Source: a virus (lineage: Duplodnaviria; Heunggongvirae; Uroviricota; Caudoviricetes). From it: a stretch of DNA of 64,000 nt. The position numbers were made by a program, and so were the translations under genes. The notes beneath the pieces are model-generated. The model was given only the letters and a program-made list of their open reading frames with translations, was not told the DNA's origin and did not search any database. The DNA is taken from IMG/VR virus record IMGVR_UViG_3300029305_011675, one strand, 5' to 3'. This document shows, in pieces, positions 29,661-39,198 of the stretch (the first letter of the stretch is position 1; each line of letters begins with the position of its first letter).

Positions 29661-30251
29661 ATGCAAACATATAATACAAACCCAAAAATAAAAGAAGAAG
29701 CACTCATAATTGCCAAGAAGGATATAGCAAAGAAAAACAGACTTTTCTCAATGGCATCTATTGGTTGCCTTGCATTTACCATTCTTATATTTCTTATGAA
29801 TTTAGTGAGAGCATCTGATATAGGAATAGGAATGTGTCTTCTCGCTTCATTCGGAATGTCGCTTGCTCCAATCATTATAGGCACAATCGTATTTGTGCAT
29901 CTTAAGAAGGAAATGAGAAGAACTTACTTTGAATCGGAAAAAGAAAAGATAACTCTATATAACGACTATATGGAATATAGTTATAGAATAGGTGATATAG
30001 AGACTACTTATAGAATACCATATAAAAACATCCATTCCCTTTTTATCATTGAGGGATATGAACTTGTTATAATGCCTCGTAATATTAGAGTAACTCATAA
30101 TAATAAAAGAACCCTTATTAAAAAGACAGATAATGGCAATCAACTTCGCCGTATAGAGATATTGTATTGTTTTGATAATGGAGATGAAATGATGGATAGA
30201 ATACGAGAGGCAGTATATCCTGATAAAGAAGAGAATGAAGGCGAAGAATAA
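29661..30251 (+). CDS. Membrane protein, tandem paralog 2
   Basis: Shared SEKEK.TLYNDYMEYSY, THNNKRTL, RRIEILYCFDNGDEMM. Confidence 0.8.
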   Translation: MQTYNTNPKIKEEALIIAKKDIAKKNRLFSMASIGCLAFTILIFLMNLVRASDIGIGMCLLASFGMSLAPIIIGTIVFVHLKKEMRRTYFESEKEKITLYNDYMEYSYRIGDIETTYRIPYKNIHSLFIIEGYELVIMPRNIRVTHNNKRTLIKKTDNGNQLRRIEILYCFDNGDEMMDRIREAVYPDKEENEGEE

Positions 30252-30681
30252 TTAGTAGTGGATACCTTGAAGTTACTTAATGGTAATTTTGAGGTATCCT
30301 TTTTTTATATAGGTATATGTATGTTATATATAGGAATTCGTATAGAGTTTGTTTTTTTGAGGGGTCGTAGACAGGGGTGGTTGGAGGGGTGGGGAGAGAA
30401 CTCATTATGGTGATTACCTGAAAAGTTAATAAAAAAAGAGCATTTCCTGCATCAGGATGAGAGCCCCTGCAGTAACATCTGATAGAAAAGTTTGTAAAAA
30501 CATCGCTGTTCCCATCTTTGAGAGACGGCGAAGGCGAAGCTTTTCAAAACTTTTCGCCCCTGCTTGGATTTACCTGCTCACCACGCAAGTGGACAGCAGA
30601 CTGCAAAAATAAACAGTACAGGTTGACAAAACTGAATTCTTGTGATAAAATAAAATAAAAAACAAAAAGGAGAAATGACCA

Positions 30682-31281
30682 GTGGCAAAGAAAATTTTTA
30701 GTTTACTCTTAATCGCAATTACACTTCTGTCCCTCGTTGCTTGTAGCAATTCTGAAGAAAAGGTTGGTAAAGATACCTATTTCGGTCAGTTGAAGGAATT
30801 AACCGTAACGGTAGACGGAAAGGACTTAACTGTTCCAAAGAGTTATTCAGATTTGGTTCTCGAACACGGTTTCGTTGCACACGAGGTGTATAGAGAACGT
30901 AGATATGAATATGGAGACAATAGTACATCGGTTACATCAACTGTTGCAAATGATAGATTTTTGATGGTCTATGTTGCTAACTTGGATAAAAGTCAATACC
31001 CATATCTTGATGGAACTACAGTAGTCGGCGGAACTGTTTGGTTGGGTGAAGGTGTAGAGTTAAGTCTTGATGTTTCGGAAACAGATACAATGGATACTAT
31101 CAAAGAGAAATACGGAGAACCAGATTTCATAGATTATAACGAAAAGAATACACACTACTACTATGAAGTACCGCATTTATCCACAGAACATTATGATTAC
31201 GGAGTTTCATTTGTTTTTGATGCACAAGGAACGTTAAAAGCAGTTAATTATGGCGATTTCGACCCAATTTATCTTCGATAA
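30682..31281 (+). CDS. Lipoprotein
   Basis: Lipobox LVAC after hydrophobic signal. Confidence 0.8.
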   Translation: MAKKIFSLLLIAITLLSLVACSNSEEKVGKDTYFGQLKELTVTVDGKDLTVPKSYSDLVLEHGFVAHEVYRERRYEYGDNSTSVTSTVANDRFLMVYVANLDKSQYPYLDGTTVVGGTVWLGEGVELSLDVSETDTMDTIKEKYGEPDFIDYNEKNTHYYYEVPHLSTEHYDYGVSFVFDAQGTLKAVNYGDFDPIYLR

Positions 31282-31600
31282 CTTTAACCCCTCAAATGAG
31301 GGGTTATTTTTTTGTTGTTTTGTATTTTTTTCTATGCACAGCAGTGCACTTAAACTGGTTTTGATTCTCAACGAAAGTTTTTAATTTTTCAGTCGCTCCA
31401 CACTCTCAAAAATGGATTTGCTCTATTTTAGTAAACTTTTTGCCACTTATTTTCCCCTGATTCTGGCGATGATTCTGAAAAGATTTTTACAAAATATCAT
31501 ACTTAAATGTGTATCAGAATTTATTTTTTTGAAAAAAATTCATCAAAAGTATACATTTTAATTGTCCGAATAACTTATTATTTTGATTGGAGGAATTATC

Positions 31601-31882
31601 ATGCAAAAGAATTGGGTTATCATCATTGAAGAGTGTGACGCCTGCGGAAAGTTAGATAACTACAAAGTTGTCGAAACTCACGAAGGTATGAATCCTGCTC
31701 TGTTGTCTGCCAAGAGACTTGCCGACAGAATGCGCAACTATTATCTGGGAGCATTCGCAGAAGTGTGTGCCGAATTGTGTGGAAATATCGAGTTTTACTA
31801 TGATACGAAGCACGAGAAATTTGAGTACACTTTCAAAGACTGGTGGGGACGGATTCATAAAGTCGTACTTACTCGCGCATAA
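31601..31882 (+). CDS. Hypothetical protein
   Basis: GGAGG RBS, 93 aa. Confidence 0.6.
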   Translation: MQKNWVIIIEECDACGKLDNYKVVETHEGMNPALLSAKRLADRMRNYYLGAFAEVCAELCGNIEFYYDTKHEKFEYTFKDWWGRIHKVVLTRA

Positions 31883-31987
31883 CCGATGCAAATGTATTGG
31901 AGAGGGAAACCTCTCCAATTTTTTCTTGAGAAAATGCAAAAATCAGCATAATCTTATCACAAATCAAATAGAAAGGTATGATTCCAA

Positions 31988-33514
31988 GTGAAAAAACTTT
32001 TAGCATTTTTATTGGCAGTTGTTTTGGTATTTGGTCTTGTTGCTTGTTCTACAGATAATAAAAAAGAAAATTCAACTGATGGAACAATCTCCGAAACACA
32101 AACTGATACAACCCCATCAACCGAAAACACAGAAACAACCGAGCCATCAGAAGAAAACACCGAAGAAACAACAACCCCGACAGAAGGTTCTGACAATACA
32201 GAAAATAAACCTTCTGAAGAAACAACAAATAAAAATGATAAGGAAACCTCCACTCCTTCAGAAAATCGTCCTGTAGTAAAAGATGAAGATTCAAACACTT
32301 CTTCACAAAAAAAGGATGATACTATGTTCAATAGTTATGAAAGTTTTGTTCAAAATTCAGTAACTTCTGAAAGTTTCTCTTTAAGTAATGCACCGTCAAA
32401 TCTGACAGAACTTAAACCCGTTTGTAATTGCAATATTAAATTTAATGGTAACCTCAAAAGTGGAAGTGTTGAGGTTGTTATCAATGGTGTTGGACACGGT
32501 CATTCTTGGGGAACAGCAGAAATGCATTCAACTGCCAGTTCTTCTAAAAGCACAAGCACCGCATCTGCAGGTGTAAGTGCTTTCGCACCTAATGGTCAAA
32601 TGCTTATCGCTTGTGGTCAATGCGGTTTTGTAAAAGGCGAGAATTTTATTTTTGTAAAAATTCCAGGAAAATCACACGGTCACGGTTGGAGTTGGCCAAA
32701 GGAAAAAGTTGAGGATAAAACTTGTCATTGTTTAGAGTTCTTAACAGGTGATTTTGAAAACGGCAGTTATTCTCCTGAAATATACGGTATTATTAGCGGC
32801 GGTGCTCCATATGTTTGCGGACACGGATGGTCAACATCAAAAAGTGTTAGCACAGGTATTAGTTCTGATGTCTCTGTTGGCGTAAGTCCAAGTGTTGGCA
32901 CAGGCATTGTTGGAAATGCTGTAAGTGCTGGAGGTAGTGTGAGCGAATCTGTTAGTAAACCACAAAATTTAACTGGTGTACCTCCTTGCCCAAATTGTGG
33001 TTTCAGAAAATATGAAAATATTTATGGAAGTAAAATCATCACATTCAGATGTTTAGAAAACGGTGGTTCACACACAATTGATTTTACAACTTTCCACAAA
33101 ATTGGCGAAAAAGTAAATTGCCCCTGTGGTTTAACTACAAGCGGAGATAAGGCTAATGGCAGTTTTGGTTTCGCACTAAAATATTCAGGTCACGGTCACG
33201 GTTGGTCAACCAGTGTCTCTGTTGGAAGTCCAAATACACAAAGTTCTTCTACAGGGGGATACAATGCTGGTGCCAGTCAAACTGTTGGTTCATCCCACAG
33301 CAACACGGTTTCTGAAAGTTGGAGTGCTGGCACAAGTCATTCCGTTGGCACAACCCAAGGTGTAACAAATTCTGAAAGTTGGAGCACTGGTACATCGCAC
33401 AGCACTGGTTCAAGTATTGTATCAAGTTGTTCTTGCGAATATGAAGAAGTTGAGAACGGTTTTATTGTAAAATGCCCAGCAACCAACAAATATCATGTAA
33501 TTAACTATAGTTAA
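31988..33514 (+). CDS. Lipoprotein with Cys/His (HGHGW) repeats and Ser/Thr-rich segments
   Basis: Lipobox LVAC, T/E linker, repeated CxC or CxxC ... HGH(G/S)W. Confidence 0.8.
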   Translation: MKKLLAFLLAVVLVFGLVACSTDNKKENSTDGTISETQTDTTPSTENTETTEPSEENTEETTTPTEGSDNTENKPSEETTNKNDKETSTPSENRPVVKDEDSNTSSQKKDDTMFNSYESFVQNSVTSESFSLSNAPSNLTELKPVCNCNIKFNGNLKSGSVEVVINGVGHGHSWGTAEMHSTASSSKSTSTASAGVSAFAPNGQMLIACGQCGFVKGENFIFVKIPGKSHGHGWSWPKEKVEDKTCHCLEFLTGDFENGSYSPEIYGIISGGAPYVCGHGWSTSKSVSTGISSDVSVGVSPSVGTGIVGNAVSAGGSVSESVSKPQNLTGVPPCPNCGFRKYENIYGSKIITFRCLENGGSHTIDFTTFHKIGEKVNCPCGLTTSGDKANGSFGFALKYSGHGHGWSTSVSVGSPNTQSSSTGGYNAGASQTVGSSHSNTVSESWSAGTSHSVGTTQGVTNSESWSTGTSHSTGSSIVSSCSCEYEEVENGFIVKCPATNKYHVINYS

Positions 33515-33559
33515 CAAAAAGAAAACCGACTTTTGCCAATGTTTAATCTTTATTTAAGA

Positions 33560-33640
33560 TAAAAATAACGAGCAGTTCATCCTACCACTTAATTTTGTAA
33601 ACAAAATTTGAAGTAGAGGTGTTCTTGCTCGTTTTTTTGA
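33560..33640. mobile_element. Orphan IS200/IS605-like end hairpin
   Basis: AACGAGCA-GTTCATCCTACCACTT...AAGTAGAGGTGTTCT-TGCTCGTT imperfect hairpin; starts TAAAAATAAC like the left end at 55201. Confidence 0.45.
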
Positions 33641-33831
33641 TAAAAACTTTTTTAATTTTTTCACCAATTATGCATTCAAAACGGACACTGAAATACAAAA
33701 ATCAGGTTTCTATAGCAATTTACATAGTTTCACTTGCAAAGCATCTTAACATTTGCTTTCTAAAGTTTCATTGACAAGAAAAAGAAAATCATATATGATT
33801 AGTTTATCAAATGTGAAAGGAATGATTTCTT

Positions 33832-35637
33832 ATGAAGTTTAACATAAAATCAAAGAAAGGCTTCACCTTAATCGAGTTACTTGTGGTGATTGGCATTCTT
33901 GCAGTGCTTGCAGCAATTGCGATACCATCAGTAGCAGGTCTCATTGATAGAGCAAATGTATCTGCCGACAACAGCAATGCAACTGCTATGACAAATGCAA
34001 TTGAACAATTTACATCGGAGTTTGAATTAGTGAAGCAAGATATTGCATCAGGAGTTCTTGATGAGAATGACTTGGATGCAGTACAAGGTAGAATATTCAA
34101 CATTTTTGAAATTACGATGCGAAGTCAAGTTACTCACATTGAAAACGAGGATGGCATTAATGGATATGGTGTCAATATCAATACCAAGTATCCAGTAAAT
34201 GAGAAAACATTTAAGAGTGTAATCACACACTATTTGAAGACTGCATCTGACACCTTTATCCCAAAGCAAAGTGATAAAGCATTTTACTATTCACCCGAAA
34301 TTGGTATCGTTATCGTAGCAGAAGATGGTTCTACAACTGATGAACTGAATAAAATTGCATTGGTTGATGAAGACGGAGTAAGCATAAATAACAAAGGTTT
34401 TGTTACACTTTCGGTAACTCCACTTGCTGACGATATTGAAGATAATAACATTCAGTGGATTAACCTTACTCTCAATGCTTTGAATGAGAAGAGTGGCACT
34501 ACAATCACTAATGTTTATGTATCTACCGATACTAAAAATCAGTATACCACATTAAGAAAAGATGTGCTTGGTTATCAGGAATACGATAGCGAAGGTAGCG
34601 GTCTTTTCGTACCAGGAACTAATGAATATATTAAAATCAATGTGAATGGTAAGCAAGTTGATGCTACTTGGAAAAACTTAATCCGTGGCGATTACATACG
34701 CATTATAAGCGGTGAGTTAGAAAACGGTTCTAATGCTCGTTTAATGTCGGGCGAACTTGTTATTGGTCCAGAGATATCAGCTATCATAAGTAAAGCATGG
34801 AATTCTGGAAATGCATTCTTGCAATACTCAAATGTAACATCTATTGTGTTTAAGGAAGGAATCACAAATATTGGAAACTGGGCATTTCGAGAAGCACGTG
34901 CGCTCAAAACAGTAACTATACCAAGCACAGTCTCTTATATTGGTGGAGGCGCATTTGGAGCTTCATCTTTACAAACCATAAATCTTTCAGAAGATAATCC
35001 ATATTTTTCATTATACAATGGTGTACTTTACACCTCTGATTATTCAGAATTAATTAAGGTTCCTGCAATGGCAAACATTGTTGATTTAACATTGCACGAA
35101 AATACAAAGATTGTGAGAAATTATGCATGCACGAGTCAAAGCATAATTCAAAATGTATACTGCAATGAAAATTTAGAACAAATTGGGCAACAATCTTTCA
35201 CTGGTTGCTCACAGTTGAAAAATATATACATAAATGATAAGTGTAAGATAACATCTTGGGCACCTTTTAGGGGTTCAAATAATGTAATATTCCACATGAG
35301 TGAAAACCACCAATATAATACAGTGTATGATAATGCCATTTACGACAAAGATTTAACTACTATTTATGCTGCTGGAATACAATCCGATGGTATTTTGGAA
35401 ATTCCAGATGGTGTAGAGTATATTTATAACATGACCAACAGAACGATACACACAATAATTTTACCCAATAGTGTAAAAGACTTTAATACTCATGCAATGT
35501 ATGAATATGTAAAAAATATTTATTATGCAGGTTCGCAAGAAGAATTTGATGCAATTGATATTATTTTGACTGATGAAGAAGGAATATGTGAAGAAGTGCT
35601 ATCAAAAGCAAATATCATATATAATTATAACCCATAA
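33832..35637 (+). CDS. Type IV pilin-like protein with BspA-type LRR C-terminus, paralog of 25735-27540
   Basis: Same length (601 aa); first ~280 aa almost identical, LRR part divergent. Confidence 0.9.
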   Translation: MKFNIKSKKGFTLIELLVVIGILAVLAAIAIPSVAGLIDRANVSADNSNATAMTNAIEQFTSEFELVKQDIASGVLDENDLDAVQGRIFNIFEITMRSQVTHIENEDGINGYGVNINTKYPVNEKTFKSVITHYLKTASDTFIPKQSDKAFYYSPEIGIVIVAEDGSTTDELNKIALVDEDGVSINNKGFVTLSVTPLADDIEDNNIQWINLTLNALNEKSGTTITNVYVSTDTKNQYTTLRKDVLGYQEYDSEGSGLFVPGTNEYIKINVNGKQVDATWKNLIRGDYIRIISGELENGSNARLMSGELVIGPEISAIISKAWNSGNAFLQYSNVTSIVFKEGITNIGNWAFREARALKTVTIPSTVSYIGGGAFGASSLQTINLSEDNPYFSLYNGVLYTSDYSELIKVPAMANIVDLTLHENTKIVRNYACTSQSIIQNVYCNENLEQIGQQSFTGCSQLKNIYINDKCKITSWAPFRGSNNVIFHMSENHQYNTVYDNAIYDKDLTTIYAAGIQSDGILEIPDGVEYIYNMTNRTIHTIILPNSVKDFNTHAMYEYVKNIYYAGSQEEFDAIDIILTDEEGICEEVLSKANIIYNYNP

Positions 35638-35809
35638 ACAAAAACCACTGTAAAAACAGTGGTTTTTTATTTTACAACCACACATTAACCATTTACAAAA
35701 CAGCATTATATAAAACAAATTGACTTTTTGATAAAAATATTGTATACTTATAAAAACAAACTGGTCGATTTCGACCAGTTTAAGTATATGGTTTGAAAGG
35801 AAATAAAAT

Positions 35810-36325
35810 ATGAGCAAAAAAGCAACTTATTTCATATTGGGTATAGCATTAGTTATTGCCATTGTGCTTGGCATCGGCATCGGAATTAAAAATAGAAGCA
35901 TCGACATAGACCAAATCATTATGGACAATGCAAAACCAAAAACTATTGAATTTAATATCGAAAACGAAACTTACAAAATCACAATGCCTGCAAATCTTGA
36001 TTATGCAATTCAAAAAATTGATGAAAAAACTTTTGTAATTGCTTATGCGATTGGCGGAACACCCATTGCAGAAGACCACCAAATTCACTTTATAAAAGAG
36101 TTACCAAATGATAATTTTGAGAAAATTAAAAATGGTTCTCACACTTCTTTTACAGTCCCAAAAACCAACGGGGAAGTTGCTATCTACAAATGCACAAGCG
36201 GAGAATTAGAAGGAACAACTTGTTTTCTTATAACATTTAGTGATAAAAATCATTTTGTCTACTTTGAGACAAGTGAAGACCTTGAAAAACTCAAAGAATT
36301 AGCACAAAAACTATCTTTTGAATAA
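35810..36325 (+). CDS. Membrane-anchored hypothetical protein
   Basis: N-terminal TM; first of three similar-sized genes. Confidence 0.75.
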   Translation: MSKKATYFILGIALVIAIVLGIGIGIKNRSIDIDQIIMDNAKPKTIEFNIENETYKITMPANLDYAIQKIDEKTFVIAYAIGGTPIAEDHQIHFIKELPNDNFEKIKNGSHTSFTVPKTNGEVAIYKCTSGELEGTTCFLITFSDKNHFVYFETSEDLEKLKELAQKLSFE

Positions 36326-36337
36326 GGAGAGAATATT

Positions 36338-36856
36338 ATGAATTCACCAGGAAAATATTTATCAATCATTGCAGTCATTATAGTCGTAACAAGTTTACTC
36401 CTCGGTGTTTTAAGTAATACCGATTTGCTTAATGTTAGTTCTGCTGGCAATTCAAATAATAAAAAACAAGAATATAGTGATTTCACATATATGGGCGAAG
36501 ATTATCGAATTAGTTTTAGGAACAAAAATCACGATTATAAAATTGTAAGAGTAGACGACCAAACTTTTGCAATTTGCGATAAAAACGGGACACCATTGGT
36601 AACTTCATGTCAATTTATTAGTGAAAAACCACTCCCAATTACCACTCTGGAAAATAAGCGTTCACTTAATATAGCGAGAAGTGTCCAAGAGGCAAGATTT
36701 ACAATCAAGTTATTTACAGATAAAACAGGCAGTTATTATCCAGACACCAGATTTATGTTGATTTCGTTTTCTAGTAATTATGATATGATATATTGTGAAA
36801 CTGACTTATCTCTTGCGGAGCTAAACAATATCGCTGATGTTTTGTTTATATATTAA
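36338..36856 (+). CDS. Membrane-anchored hypothetical protein
   Basis: N-terminal TM; DYKIVRVDDQTF and CETD shared with neighbours. Confidence 0.75.
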   Translation: MNSPGKYLSIIAVIIVVTSLLLGVLSNTDLLNVSSAGNSNNKKQEYSDFTYMGEDYRISFRNKNHDYKIVRVDDQTFAICDKNGTPLVTSCQFISEKPLPITTLENKRSLNIARSVQEARFTIKLFTDKTGSYYPDTRFMLISFSSNYDMIYCETDLSLAELNNIADVLFIY

Positions 36857-36869
36857 GGGAGAGAACAAG

Positions 36870-37388
36870 ATGCACAATACGACAAAGACATTAATTGGTG
36901 TAGGTGTTGGATTTTTCATAGCAATTGTATTGGTGTGCATAGGTCTATCGAATAACTGGTTTTTACCAGAACAGAAATCTGAAGAACCTGAATGGACATA
37001 CTTTCTATCTGGTACAGAAACCTATTATATTGCACCAAAACCAGACACAAAATATAATATTGTGAAATTAGACGATTCGAGCTTCAAAATTGAGTACGAT
37101 GGAAAAATGTATTTTGATACACCACTTACTTTCTACAGAATATTGCCAGAAACCTTCCAAGAGGTTCAATCAATCGAAAAAGGTTATATGAGAAAATCAA
37201 CTGCAAACAGCGATGATATATTCAATATTGATGTTTACCAAAAACATAAAAACGGAAATGGTTATGGCACAAAGTATGTTCTCATACAGATAAAAAATGG
37301 AGAAAGCAGAATTTGTTGTGAAACAGATATGCCTGCAGAACAAATTTTTCACATTTTTGATTATATGTTAGCAAAAAATGTTGAATAA
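36870..37388 (+). CDS. Membrane-anchored hypothetical protein
   Basis: ATG at 36870 after GGGAG; KYNIVKLDDSSF, CETD. Confidence 0.75.
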   Translation: MHNTTKTLIGVGVGFFIAIVLVCIGLSNNWFLPEQKSEEPEWTYFLSGTETYYIAPKPDTKYNIVKLDDSSFKIEYDGKMYFDTPLTFYRILPETFQEVQSIEKGYMRKSTANSDDIFNIDVYQKHKNGNGYGTKYVLIQIKNGESRICCETDMPAEQIFHIFDYMLAKNVE

Positions 37389-37450
37389 CATTTTGCATGC
37401 AATATAATTAGACAATACAAAAACCGACTTCGAAGCGAAGTCGGTTTTCA

Positions 37451-37744
37451 TTATGGTGCAGAACAAATATTGTTTGGGTTCATTGGATATTCCCTGAACA
37501 TTTCTTCTTCACGGAGTTCTTCACCGTAATTAAATTCATCAATGACTTGTTTCCATTCTTCAATGGAAATACCGCTATGTTTTTCCAAGAATAAGCACTC
37601 TTGTTCTGTTACCTCTTGCAAATGAAAAAATTTGCGGACAATATTCTTGCACTTGTTCTCGTAAAACAGATATTGGCAATTAGAAAACTTATCATTGTTT
37701 TCTTTAAGAAACAAATCCCAATTAGCAAATCGTGTATAGTCCAT
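37451..37744 (-). CDS. Hypothetical protein
   Basis: AGGTG RBS, in operon. Confidence 0.6.
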   Translation of the reverse strand: MDYTRFANWDLFLKENNDKFSNCQYLFYENKCKNIVRKFFHLQEVTEQECLFLEKHSGISIEEWKQVIDEFNYGEELREEEMFREYPMNPNNICSAP

Positions 37745-37756
37745 AATATCACCTAA

Positions 37757-38110
37757 TTAAACATCATAGAACTTATACCGACCATCACGGTCAAGTTCAA
37801 GCATTTGAAGTTTCTTTTGCTGCTCCTCGATTACACGACTAATCGCCTTGCGAAGTTCTTCTTCATACTTCTTGTCGTTATTTTCGAGAGAAAACATAGT
37901 GTATTTACCATTCCTATCCGCAATTTCAGGAATGATATCAAGGTCTGCTTCACAGGGAGGATAAACACCATACTGACCAAAGAAACTGCTATAAGTAGTT
38001 CCTTTTGGAATGAAACAATAACCAGTCTTTTGTGTTGCAGGTTCTACATCAAAAACATGCTTTTTGATAATATTGAAACCCTCAAAACGATACATATATA
38101 ACTTCAACAT
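37757..38110 (-). CDS. Hypothetical protein
   Basis: RBS and TTGACA..TATAAT promoter. Confidence 0.65.
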   Translation of the reverse strand: MLKLYMYRFEGFNIIKKHVFDVEPATQKTGYCFIPKGTTYSSFFGQYGVYPPCEADLDIIPEIADRNGKYTMFSLENNDKKYEEELRKAISRVIEEQQKKLQMLELDRDGRYKFYDV

Positions 38111-38328
38111 ATTAACCTCTCCTTATCCTTTGATGTAATTATATTATATCACAAATCAACACCAATGTCAACCATTTTTTGATTCCGCATAGGGAACTTT
38201 TGAAACTATTTTTATCGAAAATGTTCCCTAAAATACAAGAAAAGCATCTGTTTTCACAGATGCTTTTAATGTTTTTGGACAAGTTAAATAAATTGGTTTC
38301 GGTTTTGTTTACATATCGATAAAACATA

Positions 38329-39051
38329 TTATTCCTCTGGGTGATTCTTTTTCCATTCTCTTTCAAATTCCTCTTCCCAAGCAATGTGTGCTTCGTGACA
38401 ATATTTTACAAAAGCAATAATTTCACGAATCTCATAATTGCCATAAACAGAGAAAAATATGGACTCTTCTTCACAATAAAGTTCGTTGCTCAATTGCTTC
38501 CAAATATCGTCATAGGCAAAAGAACGCCTATAATAATCGATTTTTTTCTGAAGTTTTTCTCCCGTATAACCCTCGTAACAATCATTAAAACTGCCGTGAT
38601 ATCTCTGTCTATATGCTCTTTTTACATATGCATTAGAATATGAGTGCCAACGGTCGAAAATCTTCGTAAAGGCATCAATACCCTCCCATTCTTTTCTCTC
38701 GTAGTCTTGGTCACAAGAATTTTGGAAATATACTGTTTTATCAAACTGGTCTCTCATGCAAGTTGGGACACCAAATACACCGAGTAACCCGTGTTTTCTG
38801 TTGTAGAAATATTTGTATTGGAATACACTACAGCGAGCCCACGAGCGTGCCTCACGAACTTTTTCGTCAGGTACTTCTTTTAGTGTTTTTGGAATCTCCA
38901 AACTGTTTCGGATATAAGGCGGATAACTATGGTTTTCTTCCGCAATATCCTTCAATCTTTCAGTTGTGATTTTCTTATAGTTTTGCAAAAACGGAATAAT
39001 GTCCTTTTCATCCATTTTCTTAAAACTAATAAAACAACTATAACTCATCAC
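38329..39051 (-). CDS. Hypothetical protein
   Basis: 240-aa ORF with AGGAGG RBS. Confidence 0.75.
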   Translation of the reverse strand: MMSYSCFISFKKMDEKDIIPFLQNYKKITTERLKDIAEENHSYPPYIRNSLEIPKTLKEVPDEKVREARSWARCSVFQYKYFYNRKHGLLGVFGVPTCMRDQFDKTVYFQNSCDQDYERKEWEGIDAFTKIFDRWHSYSNAYVKRAYRQRYHGSFNDCYEGYTGEKLQKKIDYYRRSFAYDDIWKQLSNELYCEEESIFFSVYGNYEIREIIAFVKYCHEAHIAWEEEFEREWKKNHPEE

Positions 39052-39198
39052 TATTCCTCCTTATATATGAAATTTAGTTGTATCACAATTATGATTTCTA
39101 AACTTTTTTCTCTCAAGAATTTTCATATTTATTATATCATAAAACACTACCGATGTCAACACAAATTAAAAAGACCTTTGTTTCCAAAGGTCTTTAAG

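Larger units (their letters stand above)
28381..31421. repeat. Perfect 19-bp inverted repeat (28381-28399 and 31403-31421)
   Basis: GCAAATCCATTTTTGAGAG / CTCTCAAAAATGGATTTGC. Confidence 0.85.
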
